Origin: an uncultured Fibrobacterota bacterium
Lineage (GTDB): Bacteria; Fibrobacterota; Chitinivibrionia; Chitinivibrionales; FEN-1185
Length of the DNA: 64,000 nucleotides
Reading direction: 5' to 3'
Assembly (NCBI GenBank): GCA_963729895.1
Contig: CAVSQB010000011.1
Location: 96,001 to 160,000, forward strand
In this document: positions 27,138-37,470 of the stretch, piece by piece
Layout of the letters: each line of letters starts with the position of its first letter
Position numbering within the stretch: position 1 is the stretch's first letter
Program-made: the position numbers and the translations under genes
Notes under the pieces: generated by a model
Databases searched by the model: none
What the model saw: the letters and a program-made list of their open reading frames with translations, nothing else
What the model was told of the DNA's origin: nothing

Positions 27138-30100
27138 ATGGCGGTTTTGAGTCCCGAAGAATACAGGAAGTACATCCAGGACAATCTCGACCGGATGCTC
27201 GAGGTGTTTGCCCATATTTCCATGGGCGAATTTTCGAAGCGCATCGATATTTCGGGCCTTCCGCCGGGCGACGATTTCACCACGGTCCTCTGCGGCCTCG
27301 ACATGATGATGGACGATCTTGCCGAAGCGCAGGGCGAATTGAAACGCGTGAAAACGCAGCTGGAGGAGCAGGTCTCGGAGCGGACATCCCAGCTTTCTTC
27401 GGCAAACGAGCGACTCAACCACGAAATAGAGGAACGGAAGAAGATAGAGGAAGTCCTCCGCGAGAGCCTGCAACAGTACCGGCTTCTTGCGGAATCGGCC
27501 AGCGATTTCATTTACATCTTCGACAGGGACATGCGGATCACCTATGCCAACAAGGCGTCGCTGGAATTCCTCAAGGTAACCAAACAGGAAATTTTTGGAA
27601 AGCATGTACGGAATTTTGTGCCTTTTTCCCGGATAGGCCTGGACAACGTGAACCTTTTTGACGCGGTCGAGTCCGGAGTCCCGCTCACCTACCAGAACCA
27701 GGTCGTTTTTCACCAGGGCGCCCTGTGGCTCGACACGGTCCTGGTCCCGATCCGCGGCCCGGACAATCGAATAACTTCTCTGATGGGAATTTCGCGCGAC
27801 ATAACGGAACAAAAGAAGGCCAGTGATGTTCTGGTTGAACGCGAAAAATTTCTGTCCGATGTTTTTGCGAGCATCCAGGACGGCATCAGCGTTCTCGACA
27901 GCGACCTGCGGATCGTGCGCGTAAACGCGAAGATGGAAGAATGGTATCAGCATGCGCTGCCCATGGCCGGCAAAAAGTGCTACGAGGTGTACCACGGCCG
28001 GTCGGAGCCGTGCCGCGCCTGTCCCAGCACGGTGGCGATTCGCACAAAGAAAGCTGCCTACGAAGTTGTTCCCCTGCACGGCAAAGACGGGGCCGTGCGC
28101 GGATGGCAGGACCTGTACGCGTTTCCGGTGTTCGACAAGGCCACCGGGGAGGTAAAGGGGGTCATCGAACACGTGCGGGACATTTCAGAACGAAGAATGG
28201 CCGAAGAAAAAGTGCGCCAGAGCGAAACCAAATTTCGCACCCTTGCGGAGACCGCCGGCGCAGGCATTTTTATCGTGAAGGACTTCAAATTCTGTTATGT
28301 CAATTCATTTATCGAGAGAGAACTCGGCTACGCCAAGGACGAACTGTATACCATGAACTTCTGGGAAATCGTGCACCCGGATTTCCGGACAATCGTGCAG
28401 GACCGGTACAAGGCCCGAATGAGGGGCGAACCGGTGACCGGCGAGTACGAATTCAAATATGTCAAGAAAAACGGCGAAACCGGCTGGGTGACGCATAACG
28501 TGGGTCTTATAGAGTTCGAGGGAAGCCCCGCCGTTATCGGGACCCTGTTTAGAACCACGGAACGCAGGAAAATGGAGGAGTCGCTGGCCCGGGAGAAGGA
28601 ACTTTTGTCGGTCACCATGCAAAGCATCGGCGACGGCGTTATCTCCGTTGACGCGGCAGGCAACATCCTGACGATAAACAGGAATGCCATTGCGCTTGCC
28701 CGCAGGCATGCGGCCGACCCGGTGGGGAAGCCTTTCGATGAGGTGATTTGTTTTCTGGACGATCAGGCCGCGGTGCCGCCCCCGGGACGCGGCGCCGGGA
28801 CGCCCGATGCGCGGGGGAGGCGCCAGGACGAGCGGCGGGTTTCGGTCCGGACCGCCCAGGGGGACGTGAAGCTCGTGGACCTGAGCGTTTCGCCCATCGC
28901 CGCCGGTACGGGAGCGGCCGCGGGCTTGGTGTTTGTGTTCAGGGACGTTACCGAAAAGCAAAAGCTGGAAACCGAGCTTTACAAGGCAAGAAAACTGGAG
29001 TCGTTGGGCGTGCTGGCAGGCGGCATCGCGCACGACTTCAACAACATTCTCACCGGCGTGATTACCAACCTCTTTATGGCCAAGGTAAAGGCAAAGGCCG
29101 ACGCGGATGCGTACCAGCTCCTTGCCGAAGCGGAAAAGGCCTGCTTCAAAGCAAGCAAACTGGTGAAACAATTGTTGACGTTTTCAAAAGGCGGCGCCCC
29201 TGTAAAGGAAGCGGTCTTCCTGAAGGAGATGATAGAGGACGCGATCGGTTTCTGCTTGTCGGGGTCTAATGTTAATTACAAACTGCAGGTGGCGGACGAC
29301 CTGCCGCCGGTGGAGGCGGACAAGGGGCAAATAGACCAGGTACTCAACAACCTTATCATCAACGCTGACCAGGCAATGCCGCACGGAGGGACCGTGGTGG
29401 TGGCCGCGCAGGCCGCGACGGTTGACTCAGGGAAAACTCCTCCCGAGGCGCTTATCCCGGGACTTCACGATGGAAACTACGTGAAGGTTTCGGTGTCCGA
29501 CGAAGGCGTGGGGATATCCAGGGAAAATCTCGAAAAGATCTTTGATCCGTATTTTACCACGAAACCCGGCGGCAACGGGCTGGGGCTCACCATTGTTTAT
29601 TCCATTGTGAAAAGTCACCGGGGCGCGGTGACCGTTGATTCCCAAACCGGAAGAGGCACGGTGTTTTCGTTCTATCTTCCGGTCGCAAAAACGCCGGCCA
29701 AACAGGAAACAAACACCGGTCCGGCCTCCACGGTTGTACGGCCGTTAAAGGTGCTGGTGATGGACGACGACGGCGCAGTGAGGACCGTGATAAGCCAGCT
29801 TCTCAAGAACTCGGGATATTCCGTTTCGTGCACGGCGTCAGGGGAAGATACCATACGCTCCTACGGCGCAGCGCGAGACGCCGGGACCCCGTTTGACGTC
29901 GTGGTGATGGACCTCACGATTCCGGGAGGCATGGGCGGCAAGGATGCCGTGAAGGAGCTGCTTGCCATGGACCCCAAGGCACGGGTTGTGGTTTCCAGCG
30001 GGTATTCCAGCGACCCGATCATGGCGAATTTCCGTGACTACGGGTTTTGCGGGGCAATTGCAAAGCCGTTCAACATCGATGAATTTCTGGGGGTCTTACG

Positions 30101-30146
30101 AAACGCATCGGAGCTTGACGGACAGGATGATTCGACCGTCACGTGA
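27138..30146 (+). CDS. Soluble hybrid histidine kinase (HAMP-like - 4x PAS - HK - REC)
   Basis: Four PAS repeats, IAHDFNN, NADQAMP, GNGLGL and a C-terminal receiver (VMDDD...MDLTIPG...KPF). No TM segment was seen. Confidence 0.95.
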   Translation: MAVLSPEEYRKYIQDNLDRMLEVFAHISMGEFSKRIDISGLPPGDDFTTVLCGLDMMMDDLAEAQGELKRVKTQLEEQVSERTSQLSSANERLNHEIEERKKIEEVLRESLQQYRLLAESASDFIYIFDRDMRITYANKASLEFLKVTKQEIFGKHVRNFVPFSRIGLDNVNLFDAVESGVPLTYQNQVVFHQGALWLDTVLVPIRGPDNRITSLMGISRDITEQKKASDVLVEREKFLSDVFASIQDGISVLDSDLRIVRVNAKMEEWYQHALPMAGKKCYEVYHGRSEPCRACPSTVAIRTKKAAYEVVPLHGKDGAVRGWQDLYAFPVFDKATGEVKGVIEHVRDISERRMAEEKVRQSETKFRTLAETAGAGIFIVKDFKFCYVNSFIERELGYAKDELYTMNFWEIVHPDFRTIVQDRYKARMRGEPVTGEYEFKYVKKNGETGWVTHNVGLIEFEGSPAVIGTLFRTTERRKMEESLAREKELLSVTMQSIGDGVISVDAAGNILTINRNAIALARRHAADPVGKPFDEVICFLDDQAAVPPPGRGAGTPDARGRRQDERRVSVRTAQGDVKLVDLSVSPIAAGTGAAAGLVFVFRDVTEKQKLETELYKARKLESLGVLAGGIAHDFNNILTGVITNLFMAKVKAKADADAYQLLAEAEKACFKASKLVKQLLTFSKGGAPVKEAVFLKEMIEDAIGFCLSGSNVNYKLQVADDLPPVEADKGQIDQVLNNLIINADQAMPHGGTVVVAAQAATVDSGKTPPEALIPGLHDGNYVKVSVSDEGVGISRENLEKIFDPYFTTKPGGNGLGLTIVYSIVKSHRGAVTVDSQTGRGTVFSFYLPVAKTPAKQETNTGPASTVVRPLKVLVMDDDGAVRTVISQLLKNSGYSVSCTASGEDTIRSYGAARDAGTPFDVVVMDLTIPGGMGGKDAVKELLAMDPKARVVVSSGYSSDPIMANFRDYGFCGAIAKPFNIDEFLGVLRNASELDGQDDSTVT

Positions 30147-30164
30147 GGGAAGGAGACGGTTAGC

Positions 30165-32096
30165 GTGAACAGTGCAAAGAAGGCCATCTGGGTGGCGGTG
30201 TCGTTTGTTGCGGCGCTCTCGTTCGGCATTGTTGCAGGCGTCGTCAATCCCGGCGAAAAAGTGAATGCGCTGTGGGTGGTTACGGCGGCCGCGTGCTTTT
30301 TTGCGATAAGCTACCGGTTCTACTCGAGTTTTATTGCCGCGAAGGTGCTCTCGCTTGACGAACGGCGGATAACGCCGGCAGTGCGTTTGAATGACGGGCT
30401 CGATTACGATCCCACAAACAGGTGGGTCCTTTTCGGACACCATTTTGCCGCCATAGCCGGCGCGGGCCCCCTTATCGGGCCGATGCTGGCAGCGCAATTC
30501 GGGTTCCTGCCGGGGTTCCTGTGGATTCTTATCGGCTCCGCGGTTGCGGGCGGGGTTCACGACCTGGTGCTGCTCACCGTTTCGGTACGGAGAGACGGAC
30601 AGTCGCTGGCGCAGATCGCCAAGGACGAGGTGGGCCCGGTTGGAGGGTTTGCGGCGTCGGTGGCGATTCTTTTTATCATCATCGTCGCGCTCGCCGGTCT
30701 CGGACTCGCAGTTATCAACGCGCTCAAGCAGAACCCGTGGGGAACGTTTACCATAGGACTCACGATACCCATTGCCCTTCTGATGGGAGTGTATCTGCGG
30801 TTCTTGAGGCCGGGGAAAGTGGGCGAGGTGAGCGTTGTCGGCGTGATCCTGCTCGTGCTGGCGGTGGTGGTGGGCGGAAGAGTGCCGCACTGGCCGATTG
30901 CGCACTTTTTTATGCTCACCGACAAGCAACTGGTCGTCGCGCTTGTCGCGTACGGGTTTGTCGCGTCGGTCCTCCCGGTGTGGACGCTTCTGGTCCCCCG
31001 TGACTATTTGTCAACATACATGAAGATGGGCACCATCGGCCTGCTCGCGCTGGGAGTTATCTTCATGGCCCCCGTTCTGCAGATGCCCGCGGTGACGAAA
31101 TTCGTTCACGGCGGGGGGCCCGTTATTCCCGGCAAGGTTTTCCCCTTCATGTTTATCACCATCGCGTGCGGCGCCATTTCCGGTTTCCATGCGCTTATTG
31201 CCTCGGGAACCACTCCCAAAATGATCATGTCCGAAAAAGACCTCCGCTTCATCGGATACGGTGCCATGGTTGTGGAAGGTTTTGTCTCGATAATGGCGCT
31301 GGTGGCCGCCACCATTCTCATTCCGGGCGACTACTTTGCAATCAATACCAAGCTTCCCTTTGACCAGATTGCGGCCCTTGGGTTCCCGGTTGACCAGATA
31401 AGAAACCTTTCGGCCATGGTCGGGTTGAATGTTGTGGGCAGGCCGGGCGGCGCCGTGTCGCTTGCCGTAGGCATGACCACCATCCTCTCGCACATTCCGG
31501 GTATGCGCGGCATCATGCCGTACTGGTTCACTTTTGCTCTTATGTTCGAAGCGCTTTTCATCCTGACAACAGTCGACGCGGGCACACGCGTTGCGCGATT
31601 CCTGCTTCAAGAACTGGGCGGACATCTGTACAAGCCGCTCGCGCGGTTGCGCTGGGCGCCGGGGATGCTCGGCACGAGCGCGCTTGTGGTTGCGGCGTGG
31701 GGTTATCTTATTTATCAAGGTAGCATTTCCACCATCTGGCCTATGTTCGGGGTGTCGAATCAGCTTCTTGCGGCAATTGCGCTGGGCGTTGGAACAACGG
31801 TAATCATCAAGTACCATAAGGTAAAGTATATGTGGGTCACGGTTGTGCCCATGGTGTTCATGTTCGTGACCACACTCACCGCAGCGTGGCAGCTCTTCTT
31901 TATGTTCCGGCAGAAGGCCATGATTGCCGCTCTCGCGGCCGACAAGTTTAACTTCAACCTCGACGCGGGCCTCGTGGCTGCCATGGCCGCTCTTGCCGTC
32001 ATCGCTCTCGCCGACATGCTGTACAAATGGTCCGGGTATCTGGCCGGACGGCGCGAGGCGAAAATGTCGGAAGTAATCCAGTACGCTTCGTCCTGA
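30165..32096 (+). CDS. cstA: Carbon starvation protein A family transporter
   Basis: Motifs LFGHHFAAIAGAGPLIGP, PRDYLS, TIACGAISGFH, GRPGGAVSLAVG and WPMFGVSNQLLA. GTG start after an AAGGAG RBS. Confidence 0.96.
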   Translation: MNSAKKAIWVAVSFVAALSFGIVAGVVNPGEKVNALWVVTAAACFFAISYRFYSSFIAAKVLSLDERRITPAVRLNDGLDYDPTNRWVLFGHHFAAIAGAGPLIGPMLAAQFGFLPGFLWILIGSAVAGGVHDLVLLTVSVRRDGQSLAQIAKDEVGPVGGFAASVAILFIIIVALAGLGLAVINALKQNPWGTFTIGLTIPIALLMGVYLRFLRPGKVGEVSVVGVILLVLAVVVGGRVPHWPIAHFFMLTDKQLVVALVAYGFVASVLPVWTLLVPRDYLSTYMKMGTIGLLALGVIFMAPVLQMPAVTKFVHGGGPVIPGKVFPFMFITIACGAISGFHALIASGTTPKMIMSEKDLRFIGYGAMVVEGFVSIMALVAATILIPGDYFAINTKLPFDQIAALGFPVDQIRNLSAMVGLNVVGRPGGAVSLAVGMTTILSHIPGMRGIMPYWFTFALMFEALFILTTVDAGTRVARFLLQELGGHLYKPLARLRWAPGMLGTSALVVAAWGYLIYQGSISTIWPMFGVSNQLLAAIALGVGTTVIIKYHKVKYMWVTVVPMVFMFVTTLTAAWQLFFMFRQKAMIAALAADKFNFNLDAGLVAAMAALAVIALADMLYKWSGYLAGRREAKMSEVIQYASS

Positions 32097-32137
32097 TTTT
32101 GCTCCGGGACCTCCGGTCCGGGTTACGTCCTTTCCTC

Positions 32138-32167
32138 TTGCACAGGCCCCTCGTGATAAGATATTTT
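32138..32167 (+). promoter_or_regulatory. Putative promoter of tRNA-Pro
   Basis: TTGCAC, an 18-bp spacer, then TATTTT, just upstream of the tRNA. Confidence 0.4.
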
Positions 32168-32181
32168 AAATGTCTAAAAAA

Positions 32182-32256
32182 CGGAGTGTGGCCCAGCCTG
32201 GTTAGGGCACTTGGTTCGGGACCAAGTTGTCGGAGGTTCAAATCCTCTCACTCCGA
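32182..32256 (+). tRNA. tRNA-Pro (anticodon CGG)
   Basis: CGGAGTGTGGCCCAGCCTGGTTAGGGCACTTGGTTCGGGACCAAGTTGTCGGAGGTTCAAATCCTCTCACTCCGA folds as a cloverleaf with a CTTGG/CCAAG anticodon stem. CCA is not encoded. Confidence 0.97.
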
Positions 32257-32351
32257 TTTTTTTCTTTTCCCGGTTCTTCTTCCCCTATACCACCGGGGTA
32301 GGTACGGTGCCGGATCCCGGTATCATCATAACCAAGAATTCGCATTCTCGC

Positions 32352-33665
32352 ATGGAAAGAAAAAGGCTTCTTGCCGACGTTTCCGACAGGACCCTTGAAA
32401 ACGGTCTCAAGGTTATCTGTCTCAGGAAACCCGGCGCACCTGTCATAGCCGTCCAGATGTGGTACAAGACGGGCAGCGCGCACGAGCACATCGGCATCCG
32501 GGGTATTTCACATTTCTTCGAACACATGATGTTCCGCGGCTCCAAGAACGTAGGGCCGCAGGAGCACGCCCGCCGGATCAACGACGTCGGCGGCCACTAT
32601 AATGCTTTTACAGCAGAGGATGTTACCGCCTATTTGAACAGCGTTCCCCAAGAGCACCTCGACATGGTGCTTTCGCTCGAATCCGACCGGATGAATGACC
32701 TTGTCATTAGCGAGGAAATCCTTGAGACCGAGCGGAACGTGATTGTGGAGGAATTCCAGACATACATGAATAATCCGCTCACCAAAGCGTTCTTGGAATT
32801 TCGCAAAGAATTTTTTAAGGACCATCCCTACGAGTATTCGGCCCTTGGCCGGATCGAGGATATTCGAACAATATCCGTGAACGAGTGCATGGAATATTAC
32901 CGGCGGTGGTACGCCCCGAACAACGCGATCCTTGTTGTTGTGGGGGATTTTGAAGACCGTGAAGCCGTTTTTGAAAAAACGGCGCAGCATTTTGGGCGGC
33001 ATCCGGCGGTGAGCGAACGCCGGACGACAGCTGTCGGACAGCCTGCTCATCGCACGCTCCGGATGAAACGCGACGTGGATTTCGATGTGCCCGTGTGCGT
33101 GGTAGGGTATCCTGCGCCTCCCGCATCCGACAAAGACGCCCTGCCGCTCGAAATTTTGCAGCTTGTGGTTTCGCAAGGCGAATCATCCAGAATGCACCGG
33201 GAAATCGTTCGTCACCAGTCAATTGCAATCATGACCGGCGGCATGAACCAGAGCCTCAAGCGGGCCGGCATGTCCCTCTTCTTTGCAATTTTTACGCCGA
33301 ACGTGCCTCAACGGCGGGTCGAGGAAGCAATTGTCAAACAAGTTGAAGCGGTGAGATTGGAAGGAATATCCAAAACGGAAATGGAAAAGGTGAAGAACAC
33401 GGTCTTGACAAACAGGGTATTCGAATTGTATTCCGCAGACCACATCTGCCAGAAGCTGGCCTATTCGGAGGCCATCGAAGGAAACTATAAATGCTGGGTG
33501 GACCGGCTTGCGGCGCTGGAATCGCTCGACATGGATGCGCTTATCGGTGCAGCCCGGCGCTATTGGGACGAGTCGGGACGTCAGATTCTGTACTTAAAAC
33601 CAAAAAGGGTGAACCCGCTTTTGTTCGCCTTTGGAATCTTTAGAAAGCTGGCTCCCAAGCGTTAA
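32352..33665 (+). CDS. M16B zinc peptidase, catalytic subunit
   Basis: HXXEH motif (HFFEH), NAFT, and YAPNNA. ATG 32352 is chosen because the longer ORF overlaps the tRNA. Confidence 0.93.
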   Translation: MERKRLLADVSDRTLENGLKVICLRKPGAPVIAVQMWYKTGSAHEHIGIRGISHFFEHMMFRGSKNVGPQEHARRINDVGGHYNAFTAEDVTAYLNSVPQEHLDMVLSLESDRMNDLVISEEILETERNVIVEEFQTYMNNPLTKAFLEFRKEFFKDHPYEYSALGRIEDIRTISVNECMEYYRRWYAPNNAILVVVGDFEDREAVFEKTAQHFGRHPAVSERRTTAVGQPAHRTLRMKRDVDFDVPVCVVGYPAPPASDKDALPLEILQLVVSQGESSRMHREIVRHQSIAIMTGGMNQSLKRAGMSLFFAIFTPNVPQRRVEEAIVKQVEAVRLEGISKTEMEKVKNTVLTNRVFELYSADHICQKLAYSEAIEGNYKCWVDRLAALESLDMDALIGAARRYWDESGRQILYLKPKRVNPLLFAFGIFRKLAPKR

Positions 33666-33702
33666 CTGGTCGTCGCACATTCACCCATTACGGAAATCGC
33701 TT

Positions 33703-35034
33703 ATGGCCGCCAAGGGCATCTACACGTTTCCCTCCATAAGGCGGGAAACGTTGAACAACGGTCTGCATCTGATGCTCGTAGAAGACCACGAACAGGAAGG
33801 CATCACGCTCGCACTTCAGATGCCGTTCGGAGAATTCTGCGACCCTTTGTCCTTCGAAGGAACAACCGAACTTACCATCGGCGTGATGCTTAAGGGGCCG
33901 GCTTCGCTCTCGCCTGAGGAATTTTCGGAAAGGCTCGAACATGCCGGCGCAGGCCTCTTTACCGATGTGGGCGACGAGTATTGTATCATCGGCTGCAAAA
34001 TGCTCGCCAGGTCCGCCGACCTTATTCTCCCGCTGTTTTGGGACGTGCTTCGCAACCCGGGGTTCAGGGCCAAAGAATTGTCGCGGCTCAAGCGAGAGAC
34101 CGTTACGGGACTGAGGGCCGAACTCGCAGACCCTGCGTCAATTGCGAACCGGCATTTTGGCTCCGTGCTCTGCGGCCCCGGCCATCCGGTGGGAAGACTC
34201 CAGACGATACGATCGGTGAAGAAAATCGGGGTCCGAAACATCATGTCGTTGTACGATGCGGTTGTTTCGCCGGAAGATGCCGCCCTCGTGATTGCCGGCG
34301 ATTTTGCCGCCGACGAGATGCTGGCGCGCTGGCGGGGACTTTTTGAATCGTGGGACCGCAGGCGGAGCGGCAAGGCCGCCGCAGCGGGGCCCTTGCCCGC
34401 CCTGTCCGGGAATGTACTGCGGCTTGTTGACAAGAAGGATCTTTCGCAGGTGTCGCTTATCCTGGGCCATCCGGCCTGCAGCGAACTCGATCCGATGCGC
34501 AATGAGCTCGCCCTTGCCAATTACATTCTGGGGGGCGGCAATTTTTCGTCGAGGCTGATGGCGCACATCCGGTCCACCCAGGGGAAAACCTACGGTATTT
34601 CTTCGCAGCTTTCATGCAGCAGAGACTTCGGCATTTTCTCCATAGCAACGTCGACGCAAAACAGCCAGGCCCAGGCAATGATCGAGTCCATCCTCGAAGT
34701 ATACCGCACGTTTTCGGAGAAGGGGGTGACGCAGGAGGAACTCGACAAGGCAAAACAATTCGCCACAGGCAACATGGCCTTTCAGCTGGAGGGCATCGTG
34801 AATGTCGCGGAAAAACTTTTGTGGCTCAGCCAGTTCGGACGGGATATATCGTATGTCGAGCGCTTCAACGAGCGCATATCGGCGATAACCGTCGATTCGG
34901 TGAACCTCGCCATCCGGAAGTATCTTTCGGCGCCCGGCTTTGCCATTGTCGCGGTTGGCAAGAAGGAAGAGATTGCTGCGGCGCTTGCGCGGTACGGTTC
35001 CGTGCAAACCGTCAATTTCCGGTCTTCGGTGTAA
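33703..35034 (+). CDS. M16B peptidase, non-catalytic partner subunit
   Basis: M16 fold without HXXEH. LGGGNFSSRL...IR...GKTY provides the R/Y pair typical of the partner subunit. Confidence 0.88.
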   Translation: MAAKGIYTFPSIRRETLNNGLHLMLVEDHEQEGITLALQMPFGEFCDPLSFEGTTELTIGVMLKGPASLSPEEFSERLEHAGAGLFTDVGDEYCIIGCKMLARSADLILPLFWDVLRNPGFRAKELSRLKRETVTGLRAELADPASIANRHFGSVLCGPGHPVGRLQTIRSVKKIGVRNIMSLYDAVVSPEDAALVIAGDFAADEMLARWRGLFESWDRRRSGKAAAAGPLPALSGNVLRLVDKKDLSQVSLILGHPACSELDPMRNELALANYILGGGNFSSRLMAHIRSTQGKTYGISSQLSCSRDFGIFSIATSTQNSQAQAMIESILEVYRTFSEKGVTQEELDKAKQFATGNMAFQLEGIVNVAEKLLWLSQFGRDISYVERFNERISAITVDSVNLAIRKYLSAPGFAIVAVGKKEEIAAALARYGSVQTVNFRSSV

Positions 35035-35043
35035 CCGGGCTTT

Positions 35044-35078
35044 CGTATATTCGCGGAGCGCTATCCCGCGGATATGCG
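35044..35078 (+). terminator. Hairpin after the M16 pair (probable terminator)
   Basis: A 13-bp stem CGTATATTCGCGG/CCGCGGATATGCG with two G-U pairs; a T-run follows a few bases later. Confidence 0.5.
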
Positions 35079-35223
35079 TTGCGGCTTTTTTAACTCCCGA
35101 TCTATTTTATGGTATGGTGTAATGAGAGCAGCAAACGGATGACAATTCATCGAATCGATAACGGTCGATCATCACGATTCCGACCCGATTACTACGCTCG
35201 GTTCACCGCTCAGCCGTGAAAGT

Positions 35224-35721
35224 ATGGCCACTGTTTTTCTCAGCCTTGGATCCAACGTGGGGAACAGGCGATTGAACATCGACAAAATGATCGGGCGTAT
35301 AAGCCGCCTTCTGCGCTCTCCCAGAAGAATCTCCCGCCTCATGGAAACCGAACCGGTTGACGTTCCTTCGAAGCAAAGATGGTTTTACAATTGCATCGTG
35401 TCGGGAAGATACTGCGGCACGGCGCGCATGCTGCTTGCGCAATGCCATGCCATCGAAGCAGACCTGGGCCGGATACGCACACAGCGGGTTGCACCCCGGA
35501 CCGCCGACATCGACATTCTCTTATTTGGAAACCGCCGGATAGCGACAAAGAACCTGGCCGTTCCGCATCCGCAACTATTAAGAAGGCGGTTCTGTCTCGA
35601 AGGCCTGCGGGAGATAGCTCCGGCACAAAGGCTTCCCGGCACGGGACGCTCGTTTGCCCGGCACCACGGGAAAATGGCACAACGGGTAAAAGCTCAAAGG
35701 ATTGTTTTTTTGTCCTGGTAA
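35224..35721 (+). CDS. folK: 2-amino-4-hydroxy-6-hydroxymethyldihydropteridine diphosphokinase
   Basis: Motifs LSLGSNVG, METEP, IEADLGR, PRTADIDIL and VPHP...RRF. Confidence 0.93.
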   Translation: MATVFLSLGSNVGNRRLNIDKMIGRISRLLRSPRRISRLMETEPVDVPSKQRWFYNCIVSGRYCGTARMLLAQCHAIEADLGRIRTQRVAPRTADIDILLFGNRRIATKNLAVPHPQLLRRRFCLEGLREIAPAQRLPGTGRSFARHHGKMAQRVKAQRIVFLSW

Positions 35722-35751
35722 GGCGCGAACGCGCAAAGGGGATTCACCATA

Positions 35752-36459
35752 ATGGCTCCTCAGGGCCCGAAACTTCCTCGGCACATCAGGTATCTTTGCG
35801 TCGAAGGCGTTCTGGGAGTGGGAAAGACCGCGCTGTGCAACCTCCTCAGCCGGCGATTAGGCGCCCGCCTTATTCTCGAAGAAGGCGAAGAAAATCCATT
35901 CCTTCCCATGTTCTACAAGAACAGGAAAGCGTATGCGTTTCAAACGCAGCTGTGGTTCCTGCTCTCCCGTTACCGCCAGCTCTCCGAGGCGTTTACGCAG
36001 CTCGATTTGTTCCAGGAGGTGAGCGTTCTCGATTACATGTTTGCAAAAGATAAGATATTTGCGGCGCTCAACCTCGATGATAACGAACTTCCCCTGTATA
36101 ACCGGATCGCGGCGATCCTGGAAAAACAAGTCCTTGCCCCCGACTATGTCGTGTACCTTCAGGCGTCCACCGACGTGCTTCTCAAAAGAATTGCGAAACG
36201 CGGCAGGCCGTTCGAATCGTCCATCGAGAAGGACTACCTGGAACAGCTTAACCAGGCGTACAATCACTTCTACTTTCATTACACCCAGTCTCCTCTCCTG
36301 ATCATCAACACGAACGAAATCGACTTTGTGGAATACGAGGGCGATTTCGATGAAGTGGTCAAGGAGATCTGCAAGGCTTCTCCCGGCAGCAATTTCTACC
36401 AGCCCCTCGATTCGAAGACCAGATCGTTTCTTGACAACAAGAAAAAGCGGGAGAAATAA
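35752..36459 (+). CDS. Deoxynucleoside kinase (dAK/dGK family)
   Basis: P-loop EGVLGVGKT, NPFL..FY, AFQTQL.FL.SRY.Q and RIAKRGRPFE. Confidence 0.93.
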   Translation: MAPQGPKLPRHIRYLCVEGVLGVGKTALCNLLSRRLGARLILEEGEENPFLPMFYKNRKAYAFQTQLWFLLSRYRQLSEAFTQLDLFQEVSVLDYMFAKDKIFAALNLDDNELPLYNRIAAILEKQVLAPDYVVYLQASTDVLLKRIAKRGRPFESSIEKDYLEQLNQAYNHFYFHYTQSPLLIINTNEIDFVEYEGDFDEVVKEICKASPGSNFYQPLDSKTRSFLDNKKKREK

Positions 36460-36612
36460 CGCGAGCATCCCCGTGGAAGCAGGGCCACAGGAGCGTTCGT
36501 CCTGTCGGCCGAAGCGGTCCGGCAAAGCCGTCGCTGAGCAATTACCTTTTGTTCCCCGCCGAACAAAAGTATTTTCTAAACGCCGCACAAACCAACCGGG
36601 CGCATGTTTCCC

Positions 36613-37470
36613 ATGAAAATAGTGACGAATCCCGCAGAAATGAAGAATCTTTCCATCACGTTCCAGAGAGCGGGGAAGACCGTCGGGCTTGTGCCTACCA
36701 TGGGAGCGCTCCACAAAGGCCATGTGTCGCTTATCAAGGCCGCGCAGCGGCATTGCGACATGGTTGTCACGAGCATCTTTGTCAACCCCATCCAATTCGG
36801 GCCTGCAGAAGACTTTTCCAAATACCCCAGGCCGTTCGAGAGCGACTGCTCTGTGGCCGAGCAAAGCGGGTGCGACGTGGTGTTCGCGCCCGCCAAAGAC
36901 GATATGTATCCATCGGACCACGCCACCTACGTGCATGTGGAAAACATCACCGGCGTACTGTGCGGCGCAGCCAGGCCGGGCCATTTTACCGGCGTTGCCA
37001 CCGTGGTGCTCAAGCTGTTCAATATTGTCGCCCCGCAGGCTGCGGTCTTTGGACAGAAGGACGCCCAGCAGTGCCTTGTCATCCGGCGGATGGTTCGGGA
37101 TCTCAATAGTTCCGTGAAGCTCCTCTTTGCGCCAACGGTTCGGGAAGAAGACGGTCTTGCCATGAGTTCGCGCAATTCCTATCTTTCGCCGGAGGAGCGA
37201 CGCGACGCGCCGCTTCTCTACGCAGGACTTTCTTCAGCGGTCGCCCTGTATGAATCGGGAGAACGCAGCGCCGCACGCCTGCGCGGGGCAGTAGAAGCGG
37301 CCTGCCGTCGCGCAACTCAGTTTTCGGTTGAATACATCGAGATCGTCGACATGAACACGGTTTCCCCGCTGGCAACGGTCCGCTCGCCGGCCCTCGCGGC
37401 GGTCGCGGTGAGAACGAACCTGACCAAAACAAGACTTATTGACAATGTCGTACTAGGAGGTACCTTTTGA
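36613..37470 (+). CDS. panC: Pantoate--beta-alanine ligase
   Basis: Motifs VPTMGALHKGH, SIFVNPIQF, RPGHFTGV, FGQKDAQQ, REEDGLAMSSRN and RLIDN. The start is 36613 or 36604. Confidence 0.97.
   Translation: MKIVTNPAEMKNLSITFQRAGKTVGLVPTMGALHKGHVSLIKAAQRHCDMVVTSIFVNPIQFGPAEDFSKYPRPFESDCSVAEQSGCDVVFAPAKDDMYPSDHATYVHVENITGVLCGAARPGHFTGVATVVLKLFNIVAPQAAVFGQKDAQQCLVIRRMVRDLNSSVKLLFAPTVREEDGLAMSSRNSYLSPEERRDAPLLYAGLSSAVALYESGERSAARLRGAVEAACRRATQFSVEYIEIVDMNTVSPLATVRSPALAAVAVRTNLTKTRLIDNVVLGGTF

Noticed and set aside
32182..32351. Genomic island integrated at tRNA-Pro or tRNA-Ser; N-terminal extension of the M16 peptidase from 32211
   Set aside because: No duplicated tRNA 3' end or integrase was seen and the downstream genes look native. 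The extension overlaps the tRNA.
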